In this document: positions 8,912-17,562 of the stretch, piece by piece
How the letters are laid out: each line of letters opens with the position of its first letter
Position numbering within the stretch: position 1 is the first letter of the stretch
Source: an uncultured Desulfomicrobium sp.
GTDB taxonomy: Bacteria > Desulfobacterota > Desulfovibrionia > Desulfovibrionales > Desulfomicrobiaceae
DNA: 64,000 nt
Reading direction: 5' to 3'
NCBI GenBank assembly: GCA_937872685.1
Contig: CALMTS010000500.1
Location: forward strand, 11,560 to 75,559
Translations under genes and position numbers: made by a program
Notes under the pieces: generated by a model
The model's input: the letters and a program-made list of their open reading frames with translations, nothing else
Databases searched by the model: none
What the model was told of the DNA's origin: nothing

Positions 8912-10258
8912 TCAGCGCATCAGGTAGAAGCCCAGATCGCTGTCGTAGCTTTTCAGGTCCGTGAACTGGCAGCCGACGTAGCGATCGTTGATGTACCTGA
9001 TGCGGACCGTGCGGGAGATTTCCGTACGCCGGGAGTCATCCAGGCGGAACGTGACCTTGATGATTGCATTCCGTGCCAGACGATGGTTCAGCAGCGTCGT
9101 GAAGCCGAGGCCGTTCAACGACAGGTTTTCGATGAGAAAATCTCCTGACTCCCCGGTTTCGGGATTCTTGAAGCCGCCGGCCAGTTGCACTTCCTTGCGG
9201 TAGTACTGGCGGCGCTCCATGGCCTGCTTCTCCTCGCTGAACATCTGGAACAGATTCGACGCCACGTCCCGGAATTTGCGGTAATTCTGGGTGTCGCTGC
9301 GGCATGACTCGCAGAGGCCAAGTATGGGGGCGACATCATCTTGGGTGGCGGTGATGACTTCCTGGTGCACGGAGAAAAAAGGCAGCTGCCGGGCGGCGGA
9401 CTGCTGCGAAATTTTGGCTGCCAGGCGGTTGCTGACATCCACTGCCGCGAGTTTGACCGTGTTGGGCATGATCACCGCGAGGGTGTCCGAATTGATGCGG
9501 CAGGGCACGTCGACCTTGCGGACCTCGTCCACCAGCACTGAGGCCAGGAGCTGCAGCACCCTGTCCATGGTCATCGTGCCGTGCTCCTCGTTCAACTTGC
9601 GCAGGTTTTCGAGCTTCAGCAGCACGACGCTCGATGGCAGCCCGTAGCGCTTGCAGATCTCAATCTCACGTTCCATGTGGCGGTCGAACGTGCGCTTGTT
9701 GGCCAGTCCGGTCAGCAGGTCGGTCTCGGCCATGCGTTTCATGGCCTGAAAGTAGTACGCCCGTTCCATGGCCAGCGAAGCGATGTCGGCCATGGCCGAA
9801 AGGTCCTTCATGTTCTGAAGGCTGAAGGGAGCGCCGCTCTTCGTGTCGATCAGTTCGAGGACTCCGTAGATCGCGTCGCCGCTTCTGAGGGGGGCGGCCA
9901 TGAAGCTCTTGCTGCCCTTTGTCTTGGCCGTCAGGAACAGGGACTGGAAGCGCGGGTCTTGCGCCGTATCTTCGATGAGCAGCGGTTCGCTGGCGTCCAC
10001 GACCCATCCTGCAATGCCCTTGCCCTTGCGCAGCTTCTTGCCGATGAGCAGCTCCGCCTTGTCGCCGAGGACGTGGCTGAACGTGAGGTCCCCGGTCTCA
10101 GGCTCCACCAGCAACGCGGCCAGATGCCGGGGGGAAAAATAGGCGTCAACATGAGAGCAGACGTCGCTCAATGTTTTCTGGATGCTGGCGCGATGCGAAG
10201 CCCCGCGTGAAATTTCGAGAAGAACCTGTATGCACGAGGATGCGGTCTGCGACTCCAT
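8912..10258 (-). CDS. GAF + degenerate GGDEF + PilZ protein (probable c-di-GMP effector)
   Basis: GAF (KGIAGWV, DPRF, APL); TDLLTGLANKRTF; RKVD I-site; active site reads NSDTL; PilZ RQYYR and NLSLNG. Confidence 0.8.
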   Translation of the reverse strand: MESQTASSCIQVLLEISRGASHRASIQKTLSDVCSHVDAYFSPRHLAALLVEPETGDLTFSHVLGDKAELLIGKKLRKGKGIAGWVVDASEPLLIEDTAQDPRFQSLFLTAKTKGSKSFMAAPLRSGDAIYGVLELIDTKSGAPFSLQNMKDLSAMADIASLAMERAYYFQAMKRMAETDLLTGLANKRTFDRHMEREIEICKRYGLPSSVVLLKLENLRKLNEEHGTMTMDRVLQLLASVLVDEVRKVDVPCRINSDTLAVIMPNTVKLAAVDVSNRLAAKISQQSAARQLPFFSVHQEVITATQDDVAPILGLCESCRSDTQNYRKFRDVASNLFQMFSEEKQAMERRQYYRKEVQLAGGFKNPETGESGDFLIENLSLNGLGFTTLLNHRLARNAIIKVTFRLDDSRRTEISRTVRIRYINDRYVGCQFTDLKSYDSDLGFYLMR

Positions 10259-10332
10259 GAGTTGTCTCCTGCGGCTGCGTCAGTATGTCTCTATCTACAA
10301 CATACTGTATGTGGAGAAAAAGCTCGAATTTG

Positions 10333-11631
10333 TCAAATATCTTGTATCTTGCAGATGGTCACATCCATGTCGCGTGTCCTGGCCCAGGCTTCAAGGGCTG
10401 ACAGCGTCTCGGGATAAGGGTGCCCTATGGCAACCGCGACGCCCGTGCGCTTCGCCAGGGCTTCGGCTTTCCTGAGTTGCAGCAGGATGGCATGCTCAGT
10501 GGCGGAATTGTCCAGGAAGATGTGGCGTCTGTAGTATCGCATGCCAAGGTTTTTGCTCACCTGGCGGACGCAACTCTTGGGCGTGGTCAGGCTGTCCAGA
10601 AAGAATTTGCCCCTTCCTTTCAGGTGGGCGAGCACCACAGTCATGGCTTTTGCATTTTGCGTCAGACGCGAGCCCATGTGGTTGTTGACCCCGTCGACTT
10701 CAGGGAGGCGGGACAGGTTGTCTGCCAGGGTCTGTTCCAGCACCGCCTCGGACATGTTCACGCGCAAGGTCCCGGGGCCCGAGTTGGCTGTCTTGGGGTA
10801 GCCGTCGGGTTCGCAGGGCAGGTGCAGGAGCAGCTCCAGGCCCTCCCGGCGGGCCAGATCGGCTACCTGTCGCGCCTTGGAGTTGTGCGGCAGGACCGAG
10901 AAGCTGACCTTGAAGGGCAGGGCGGCCAGGCGCCTGGCGGTGGTCATGCTCTCCCCGAGGTCATCGATGACGATGACGAGCCTGGGCGCACTGACGACCG
11001 GCTCTGGGGGCTCCGGAGTCAGCCGGAGCGGGATGAAGAGATGGTGGGTGGGCTCGCCGAGGATGGAGATTTCCAGGTCCCGGGGGTTTCCTTCAACCGT
11101 GGCCAGCACGGCTCCGGGTTCCAGTTCGGCCAGGTTCAGTTTGAGTTGGGCCAGAAAGTCGAAGATGTCCTGACCCAGGGAGACGGTCAGGTTCTGGTAG
11201 AAGAACTCCTGCCCGTTGTGGACGCGCGCCTCCACGGCCTTGTGGCGCAGAATGTTCTGGGACGCGCCCTGGGTTGCCAGGGCCTGCAGGATGGCCATGT
11301 CCACATTGCGGACCCTGTCCTCGAAGTCGTCGACCGTGACTTCATATGCCTGGGCCTTGGGCTGGGCTGAAGTGGCTTGCGGCGTCTCGCCATGGTCCGG
11401 AACTGGCCGGTTCGCGCCGGCGGTTTGCCCGGGTTTCGGGGCCGGAGTCGTGCGCGTCACGGGCGGCGAGTCATGCCTGGTCGCCGGAGTGCGCAGGGGC
11501 AGGTGCATGGCCACGAAAAGGCTGAGTCCGGTCAGCAGGATGACGCAGGTCCAGAGCAGTGTCTTGAACAGGGAAAACTTGGGCGAACTGGAGGAAGCCT
11601 TCTTTTTCCCTTTTCTTTTTTTGGGGGGCAT
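10333..11631 (-). CDS. Divergent polysaccharide deacetylase family protein (YibQ-like)
   Basis: N-terminal TM anchor; LVIVIDDLG, LHLPCEP, GVNNHMGS, FFLDS, IAIGHP-like VAIGHP. Confidence 0.88.
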   Translation of the reverse strand: MPPKKRKGKKKASSSSPKFSLFKTLLWTCVILLTGLSLFVAMHLPLRTPATRHDSPPVTRTTPAPKPGQTAGANRPVPDHGETPQATSAQPKAQAYEVTVDDFEDRVRNVDMAILQALATQGASQNILRHKAVEARVHNGQEFFYQNLTVSLGQDIFDFLAQLKLNLAELEPGAVLATVEGNPRDLEISILGEPTHHLFIPLRLTPEPPEPVVSAPRLVIVIDDLGESMTTARRLAALPFKVSFSVLPHNSKARQVADLARREGLELLLHLPCEPDGYPKTANSGPGTLRVNMSEAVLEQTLADNLSRLPEVDGVNNHMGSRLTQNAKAMTVVLAHLKGRGKFFLDSLTTPKSCVRQVSKNLGMRYYRRHIFLDNSATEHAILLQLRKAEALAKRTGVAVAIGHPYPETLSALEAWARTRDMDVTICKIQDI

Positions 11632-11684
11632 CGTGGTACGGGAGACCCGGGGCGGCCTTGGCCGCCCCGGTCAGGAAATGAAGA

Positions 11685-12956
11685 TCAGTTGGTGAGCTGC
11701 ATGAACCGCGGCAGGGATTTGACCATGCTCAGACCGATGCGCAGTTGATTGTCCTTGGCCAGGGCGTCCTTGACTTCGTTCTCCATGGACCCGGCCAGAG
11801 TCGCCCCATTGGGGTTATCCAAGTGCTTGGAAAGGCTGGATTCACGGAATTCGGTGCCGTCTTCGGTGTTCTCGACCGCAGGCACGAAAGGCAGCTCAAG
11901 GTCGGGATCGATGCCCGAGGCCTGGATGGATCTGCCACTTGGTGTGTAGTAGAGGGCGATGGTCAGCTTCACCGCGGAGCCGTCGGACAGGGGCATGATG
12001 GTCTGCACGGAGCCTTTGCCGAAGGTCCTCTCGCCCACCAGGATGGCCCGCTTGCGGTCCTGCAGCGCCCCGGCGACGATTTCCGAGGCCGAAGCCGAGC
12101 CGGAATTGATCAGGACAACCACGGGGCAGGTCACGTCCGTGGACTGCTTCGTGGCCATCTCGTCCTTTCTACTTTTGGGGTCGCGGCCCTGGGTGTAGAC
12201 GATGAGCCCGTCGCGCAGGAACGTGTCCGTCACGGAGATGGCCTGGTTCAGAAGTCCGCCGGGGTTGTTGCGCAGGTCCAGGACGATGCCTTTGAGTTCC
12301 GTGTTCGCCGTGTATTCGCCGAGCTTGCGGTGCAGGTCTTCGGTGGTGTTGGCCTTGAAGTCGGTCACCCGCACATGCAGGTAGCCGGGTTCGAGTTCCT
12401 TGACCTTGACGCTGATGAGCGGAATCGTGCCGCGCACGATGGTGACTTTCTCCGGAGCCTGGGAGTCCTTGTGCAGGATGGTCAGGACCACGGCCTTCCC
12501 CTTGGGTCCGCGGATCTTGGAAACGGCTTCTTCAAGGGAGATATCCAGGGCCGACACCCCGTCGATTTCGATGATGATGTCGCCGGCTTTCAGGCCCGCC
12601 TTGTCCGCGGGGGTGTCCTCGATGGGTGCGATGACGGTCAGGCGCTTGTCGCGGACTCCGATCTGGATGCCGATCCCGCCGAATTCGCCCTGGAACTCTT
12701 CCTGCATCATCTTGAACTTGTCGAGGTCGATGAACGTGGAGTGCGGATCGATGGAATTGAGCATGCCTTCGATGGCGCCATGGATGAGGTCCGTGCGGTT
12801 GACCTCCTGAACGTAGTTCTTTTCGATCAGGTCCAGAACCTGGCTGAACTGTTTCAGGGCCTGGTAGTGGTCCGTGTCGCGGGCCTGGCTGGATGAGGCG
12901 GTGCCGCAAAGGGCGGCCAGAAGAATCATCGTGCCAAGTATATGGCTGAAACGCAT
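11685..12956 (-). CDS. Carboxyl-terminal processing protease, S41 family (CtpA/Prc-like)
   Basis: Signal peptide, PDZ (GIGI), DLRNNPGG, SASASE (Ser), TFGKGSVQ (Lys). Confidence 0.93.
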   Translation of the reverse strand: MRFSHILGTMILLAALCGTASSSQARDTDHYQALKQFSQVLDLIEKNYVQEVNRTDLIHGAIEGMLNSIDPHSTFIDLDKFKMMQEEFQGEFGGIGIQIGVRDKRLTVIAPIEDTPADKAGLKAGDIIIEIDGVSALDISLEEAVSKIRGPKGKAVVLTILHKDSQAPEKVTIVRGTIPLISVKVKELEPGYLHVRVTDFKANTTEDLHRKLGEYTANTELKGIVLDLRNNPGGLLNQAISVTDTFLRDGLIVYTQGRDPKSRKDEMATKQSTDVTCPVVVLINSGSASASEIVAGALQDRKRAILVGERTFGKGSVQTIMPLSDGSAVKLTIALYYTPSGRSIQASGIDPDLELPFVPAVENTEDGTEFRESSLSKHLDNPNGATLAGSMENEVKDALAKDNQLRIGLSMVKSLPRFMQLTN

Positions 12957-13049
12957 GATGTCCTCCCTGAGGGATTGGCGAGAAAATGTTTGAGTCACGG
13001 GGCGGTACGGCATTCCTGTTGTCCGGCGCGATGGCCGGGAGTCATTGGC

Positions 13050-14171
13050 TCACCCCGATTGTAACCATTTCAAGGGATTAATGACTTTCTGCTTAAAACG
13101 CAATTCGAAATACAATCCCTCACCCTTGGCGGCCGGATAGAAGCCGCAGACTCCGATCTGCTGGCCCTTCTCCACTTCGCGCCCGACCGGGAGGGGCGCC
13201 TCCGAGAGGAAGGCGTAGAGGGAATAGTAGTCGTCTCCGTGGAAGACGATGACCACCTGGCCGAAGCCGCGCAGCTGGTCGTTGTGCACGACTTTGCCCC
13301 AGGACATGCTGCGCACGGGGGTTCCGGCCGGCAGCGCCATTCCGATGCCGTTGCTGGCCGGGTTGCCGTCCGGGTTGAAACGGACCACTGTCTTGCCCTT
13401 GGCCGGCCATTCCAGCTTGCCCTGGAGCTTTGAGATTTTCTTCTCGGACTGCAGGCTGATCTTGTGGCGGAGGTTGGCGATGGAGCCCATGAGGTTCTGG
13501 ATCTCCTTTTCGCTCTCCTTCTTCTTGGTCCGCACCTCGGCGAGCTGGGATTCAAAGCGGTTCTTGCGTTTTTCCAGCTCGGCCCGGGAGGCTTTGATCT
13601 TCTCCACCTGGGCCGCGGCGTTCTCCGCGTTCTGGTCGAGGGTCGATTGCTGGTCCGCGACGATCTGGCTCTGTCGCTCGATTTCCTCGCGCAGGGTCTG
13701 TGCCTCGCGGTAGAGGGCCGTCAGCCACTCCCCTCTGCGGTTGGCCTCGGCCCATTCGTCGGTGGATGCGAACCCCTCCTCCTTGGCCTTGAGATAGATG
13801 GGCCAAAGGGTCTGCATCAGCTCCGCCAGGCGCTGGGTGGTCTTCTCGCGTTCGGCCAGCAGGGCGGTCAGGCGCCGCGCCCCTTCGGCCTGTTCCTTCT
13901 TGAGGGCGGCCAGTTCGGTCTGCAGGCGTTCCAGGGTCGCGGCCGCGTCCTTGAACGAGTCTTCCAGTCTGGCCAGGTCCTTGTGCAGACTGCGTTCCTT
14001 TTCCGTCAGGCTCTGGATGGCCTTCTTCCGTTCGGACAGCTGCTTGTTCTTGGCGGACATCTCCTCTTCCAGGGACGCCCGGCACGGGGAAGCGAGCAGG
14101 GAAAATCCGCAGAGGATGAGGAGCAGGATCGCGCAAAAGTGCGGCAGGGGGCGGGATGTCGGCCGATTCAT
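13050..14171 (-). CDS. envC: Murein hydrolase activator, EnvC family (coiled coil + degenerate M23)
   Basis: Signal peptide, long coiled coil, M23-like C-terminus without the HxxxD zinc ligands, LYFELR. Confidence 0.8.
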   Translation of the reverse strand: MNRPTSRPLPHFCAILLLILCGFSLLASPCRASLEEEMSAKNKQLSERKKAIQSLTEKERSLHKDLARLEDSFKDAAATLERLQTELAALKKEQAEGARRLTALLAEREKTTQRLAELMQTLWPIYLKAKEEGFASTDEWAEANRRGEWLTALYREAQTLREEIERQSQIVADQQSTLDQNAENAAAQVEKIKASRAELEKRKNRFESQLAEVRTKKKESEKEIQNLMGSIANLRHKISLQSEKKISKLQGKLEWPAKGKTVVRFNPDGNPASNGIGMALPAGTPVRSMSWGKVVHNDQLRGFGQVVIVFHGDDYYSLYAFLSEAPLPVGREVEKGQQIGVCGFYPAAKGEGLYFELRFKQKVINPLKWLQSG

Positions 14172-14202
14172 GGGTCTGCGATGATGCTTTTTCCAACCCA
14201 GG

Positions 14203-14865
14203 TCAAGGGGCGGCACTCTCCAGAAAGCGGGCCAGGGGGCAGGTTGTGCATTTTCCCGCCTTCTTGGCGCACCAGTTTTTGCCTGTGAGAACGATGAGGG
14301 CGTGGTATTCGTTGAAGAGGGCCGTATCCGTGGGCAGGGCGTCCATGAAGAATTCCCGGAGCTCCTCGTAGCCGATGTCCTCATGGACCAGCATGTGCCG
14401 GTTGAAAATGCGGCGTGTGTAGGCGTCCACGACAAATGTGGGATGCCCGAGTGCGTAGAGCAGGATCGAGTCGGCAGTTTCGGGGCCGATGCCCTGGACC
14501 CGCAGGAGGGCATCCCGCAGGGACCGGGTGTCCTCGTTGCGCAGGCGTTCCAGGTCCAGGCCGCAGGCTTCGTCCAGGAAGTTCAGGAAATGCCGTATCC
14601 GGACCGCCTTGACCCGGAAGAAGCCGGCCGGCCGGATGAGTTCTTCGAGTTTTGCCGCGGGCTGGAGCTGCAGGGCCTTGGCGTCGAGCAGGCCGGCCGT
14701 GCGCAGGTTGGCGATGGCTTTCTCGACGTTGGTCCAGGCCGTGTTCTGGGTCAGGATCGCGCCCAGGGCTATTTCGAAGGGCGTCTCGCCCGGCCACCAC
14801 CTGCTGGGGCCTAGGGCTTCGGCCATGGCCCCGTAGTATGCGAGCAGGAGATCCCGGCGCTTCAT
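14203..14865 (-). CDS. Endonuclease III-related HhH-GPD DNA glycosylase
   Basis: GAILTQNT, HhH GIGPETAD, VVDAY, C-terminal Cys motif. Confidence 0.85.
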   Translation of the reverse strand: MKRRDLLLAYYGAMAEALGPSRWWPGETPFEIALGAILTQNTAWTNVEKAIANLRTAGLLDAKALQLQPAAKLEELIRPAGFFRVKAVRIRHFLNFLDEACGLDLERLRNEDTRSLRDALLRVQGIGPETADSILLYALGHPTFVVDAYTRRIFNRHMLVHEDIGYEELREFFMDALPTDTALFNEYHALIVLTGKNWCAKKAGKCTTCPLARFLESAAP

Positions 14866-15716
14866 GTCCGGAAGACGAGCAGGGCCCATTCGCCCGAGAA
14901 GGAGATGTCCGGGGCGGGCAGTCCCTGTTCCACGTAGGCCGCTGCAACCCGGTCGGCCTGTTCGCGCAGTATGCCGGAAAGGATGAGCACTCCGGGGCGG
15001 CCCAGGCGCAGGGTGATGTCCTCAGCCATGTCGATGAGCGGGTTGGCCAGGATGTTGGCCAGGATGCAGTCGAAGCGCCGGTCCTGCGGGATGGAGTCGA
15101 TGCTGCCTGTTCCAAGCGCAAGGGCATCCTCCACACCGTTCAGGGCCGCGTTCTCGCGGGCGTTGTCCACGGCCACGGGGTCGATGTCGAGTCCCTGGCC
15201 AGTCAGGCCCAGCTTGACGGCGGCGATGCCCAGGATGCCCGAACCCGTGCCCAGGTCCAGAAAGGATTGGCCGGCGGCAAGCGCGCCTTCGGAGGCCAGC
15301 CGGTCCAGTGCGCCAAGACACAGGGCCGTGGTCTGGTGGTGTCCCGTCCCGAAGGCCATCTTGGGCTCGATGACGATGGGCTCGGCGTCTTGCGGCTCGT
15401 CTTTGAGCCAGGAGGGCAGGACCACGAAGCGCGACCCGATGGGGATGGGCGTGAAGTATTTCTTCCACGCGCTGTTCCAGTCGGCGTTGTCCACGGACGC
15501 CCTTTCCAGGGCGATGCCGGGGCAGGAGGCCAGCAGGGCGGCCTCGGTTTCGGCGGATTGCTCCGGCCGGTCGAAATGCACGGTCAGGCGGCGCAACCCG
15601 TCCCGCAGGCCGTCGTCCTGCCAGCCCCAGGGGGTCTGCAGGTAGAGGAGGCCTGCGACGAGGTCTTCGTGTTCCGGGGCAAAGGACATGGTAAGGCGGG
15701 CAAGTTTGTTCGGCAT
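14862..15716 (-). CDS. prmA: Ribosomal protein L11 methyltransferase
   Basis: EPKMAFGTGHHQTT, LDLGTGSGILGI, ANILA, LILSGIL. Confidence 0.93.
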   Translation of the reverse strand: MPNKLARLTMSFAPEHEDLVAGLLYLQTPWGWQDDGLRDGLRRLTVHFDRPEQSAETEAALLASCPGIALERASVDNADWNSAWKKYFTPIPIGSRFVVLPSWLKDEPQDAEPIVIEPKMAFGTGHHQTTALCLGALDRLASEGALAAGQSFLDLGTGSGILGIAAVKLGLTGQGLDIDPVAVDNARENAALNGVEDALALGTGSIDSIPQDRRFDCILANILANPLIDMAEDITLRLGRPGVLILSGILREQADRVAAAYVEQGLPAPDISFSGEWALLVFRT

Positions 15717-15785
15717 GTGTATGACCTGAGAACGGAGGGCCGTTCGGTTGCGGGCGGAAAAAGGGGGCCTGAGGCCCCCGGGTGT

Positions 15786-16985
15786 CTATATTTTCGTCCG
15801 GGCCAGGACGGATTTCAAAGCCCCCGTGAAGGCGTCCAGTTCCTCTTCGGTGATGACCAGCGGCGGCAGCAGGCGCAGGACCGTGTCCTGGGTCAGGTTG
15901 AGGACGAAGCCCTGTTCCAGCAGCGCCTTCCAGACCTCGGCCCCGGGATGCGTCAGTTCGATGCCGACCATGAGGCCGTGCACCCGCACCTCGGCGATAT
16001 GTTCCGGGAATTCGGCCTTGAGGGCCTCCAGCCTGCCGCGCAGGTGTTCGCCCAGAGCGGCCGCCCGGCCGCAGAGGTCGTCGCGTTCGATGATGTCGAT
16101 GACCTTTGACGCCACGGCGGAGATGAGGGCGTTGCCGCCGAAGGTCGTGCCGTGGCTGCCGGGGGGAAACCCCTTGGAGACCTCCTCGGTGCACATGACC
16201 GCGCCCATGGGCAGGCCTCCGGCCAGACCCTTGGCCACGGTGACGACATCGGGCTTCAGGCCAAGATGCTGGTGGGCCCAGAATTTTCCTGTGCGGGCAA
16301 CTCCCGTCTGGATTTCGTCGATCATGAGCAGAATCCCGCGTTCGGCGCACAGGGCGGCCAGGCCGCGGGCGTATTCCACGGGAAGGGGTTTGACCCCGCC
16401 TTCGCCCTGGATCATTTCGATCAGCACGGCGGCGGTCCGGTCGTTCATGGCCGCCTCCATGGCCGCGAGGTCGCCGAAAGGCACCGTCACGAACCCTTCG
16501 GGCAGGGGGCCGAAGCCGGTCTTGATCTTGTCCTGGCCCGTAGCCGTCAGGGTGGCCAGGGTCCGGCCGTGGAAGGAGCCGGTGACGGTGATGATCTCGA
16601 AGCGCTCTTCGCCCCGGCCTTCGCGCATGTAGCGCCGGGCCAGCTTGATGGCGCCCTCGTTGGCCTCAGCGCCGGAGTTGCAGAAGAAGACGCGGTCGAG
16701 GTGCGAGGTCCCCAGCAGCCTGCGGGCCAGATCGACCTGCTCCTCCTGATAGAAGAGGTTGGAAACATGAATGAGCTTCTTCGCCTGGGTGCAGATGACA
16801 TCCACCAGTTCGGGGTGGGAGTGGCCGAGATTGCACACGGCGATGCCGGCCAGCAGGTCCGTATATACCTTGCCTTCGGGCGAAAAGAGCTTGGTGCCCT
16901 GACCCCGGGTGACGGCCAGGGGATAGCGGGCATATGTCCGGCAGAGGGCCGCTGCTTCGCCTTTCTGTATTTCTTCTGTGTTCAT
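15786..16985 (-). CDS. argD: Acetylornithine aminotransferase (class III PLP enzyme)
   Basis: FFCNSGAEANE, FHGRT, DEIQTG, AKGLAGG (PLP Lys), HGTTFGGN. Confidence 0.9.
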   Translation of the reverse strand: MNTEEIQKGEAAALCRTYARYPLAVTRGQGTKLFSPEGKVYTDLLAGIAVCNLGHSHPELVDVICTQAKKLIHVSNLFYQEEQVDLARRLLGTSHLDRVFFCNSGAEANEGAIKLARRYMREGRGEERFEIITVTGSFHGRTLATLTATGQDKIKTGFGPLPEGFVTVPFGDLAAMEAAMNDRTAAVLIEMIQGEGGVKPLPVEYARGLAALCAERGILLMIDEIQTGVARTGKFWAHQHLGLKPDVVTVAKGLAGGLPMGAVMCTEEVSKGFPPGSHGTTFGGNALISAVASKVIDIIERDDLCGRAAALGEHLRGRLEALKAEFPEHIAEVRVHGLMVGIELTHPGAEVWKALLEQGFVLNLTQDTVLRLLPPLVITEEELDAFTGALKSVLARTKI

Positions 16986-17008
16986 TGAGTTCTCCTGGGG
17001 ATGAAAGA

Positions 17009-17485
17009 TCAGACAGTGCCCGTATGGCCGAATCCGCCGGCGCCTCGCGCAGTGTCCGTAAGGGATTGCTGAGGTACGATCCCGGCCCGCACGATGGGCT
17101 GGAACACCAGTTGGGCGATGCGCTGGCCCCGGGTCACGGTGCGGGTCTGGTCCGAAGTGTTCAACAGGCTGACAAGGATCTCGCCGCGATAGTCCGGGTC
17201 GATGACGCCCACGCCCTGGCTGACCACGAGCCCTTCCTTTGTTCCCAGCCCGCTTCGGGAATAGACAAAACCGGCCACACCCGGCATCGTGCATTCCATG
17301 GCGATGCCCGTGGGGAAACGGTGCCGCCCGCCCGGCGGTATGCTGACCTCGGGTTCCGCCATGCAGGCCCGCAGATCAATGCCCGCCGACCCCGGCGTGG
17401 CGTAATTGAACTTCTCCGGCGGGCAGGTCTCCGACAAAAAACGGACCTTGACCTCAACGGTGACAATTCCGGAGCAGGGATTCAT
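17009..17485 (-). CDS. dut: dUTP diphosphatase
   Basis: AGIDL, RSGLG, GVIDPDYRGE, RIAQL, RGAGGFGHTG. Confidence 0.95.
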   Translation of the reverse strand: MNPCSGIVTVEVKVRFLSETCPPEKFNYATPGSAGIDLRACMAEPEVSIPPGGRHRFPTGIAMECTMPGVAGFVYSRSGLGTKEGLVVSQGVGVIDPDYRGEILVSLLNTSDQTRTVTRGQRIAQLVFQPIVRAGIVPQQSLTDTARGAGGFGHTGTV

Positions 17486-17562
17486 TTCTTCTCCTCGGCA
17501 TGCTAGTCAGCAGACAGGACGCATGCAGGAAAGCGTTACATATTTTATAACTGGGGGATCTT

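Noticed and set aside
13050-14171. Missing zinc ligands in the M23 domain as a sign of pseudogenisation
   Set aside because: A degenerate M23 is the normal state of EnvC-type activators.
10333-17485. dut-argD-prmA-endoIII-envC-ctpA-deacetylase run as a novel system
   Set aside because: Ordinary housekeeping genes; envC-ctpA-deacetylase linkage is well known.
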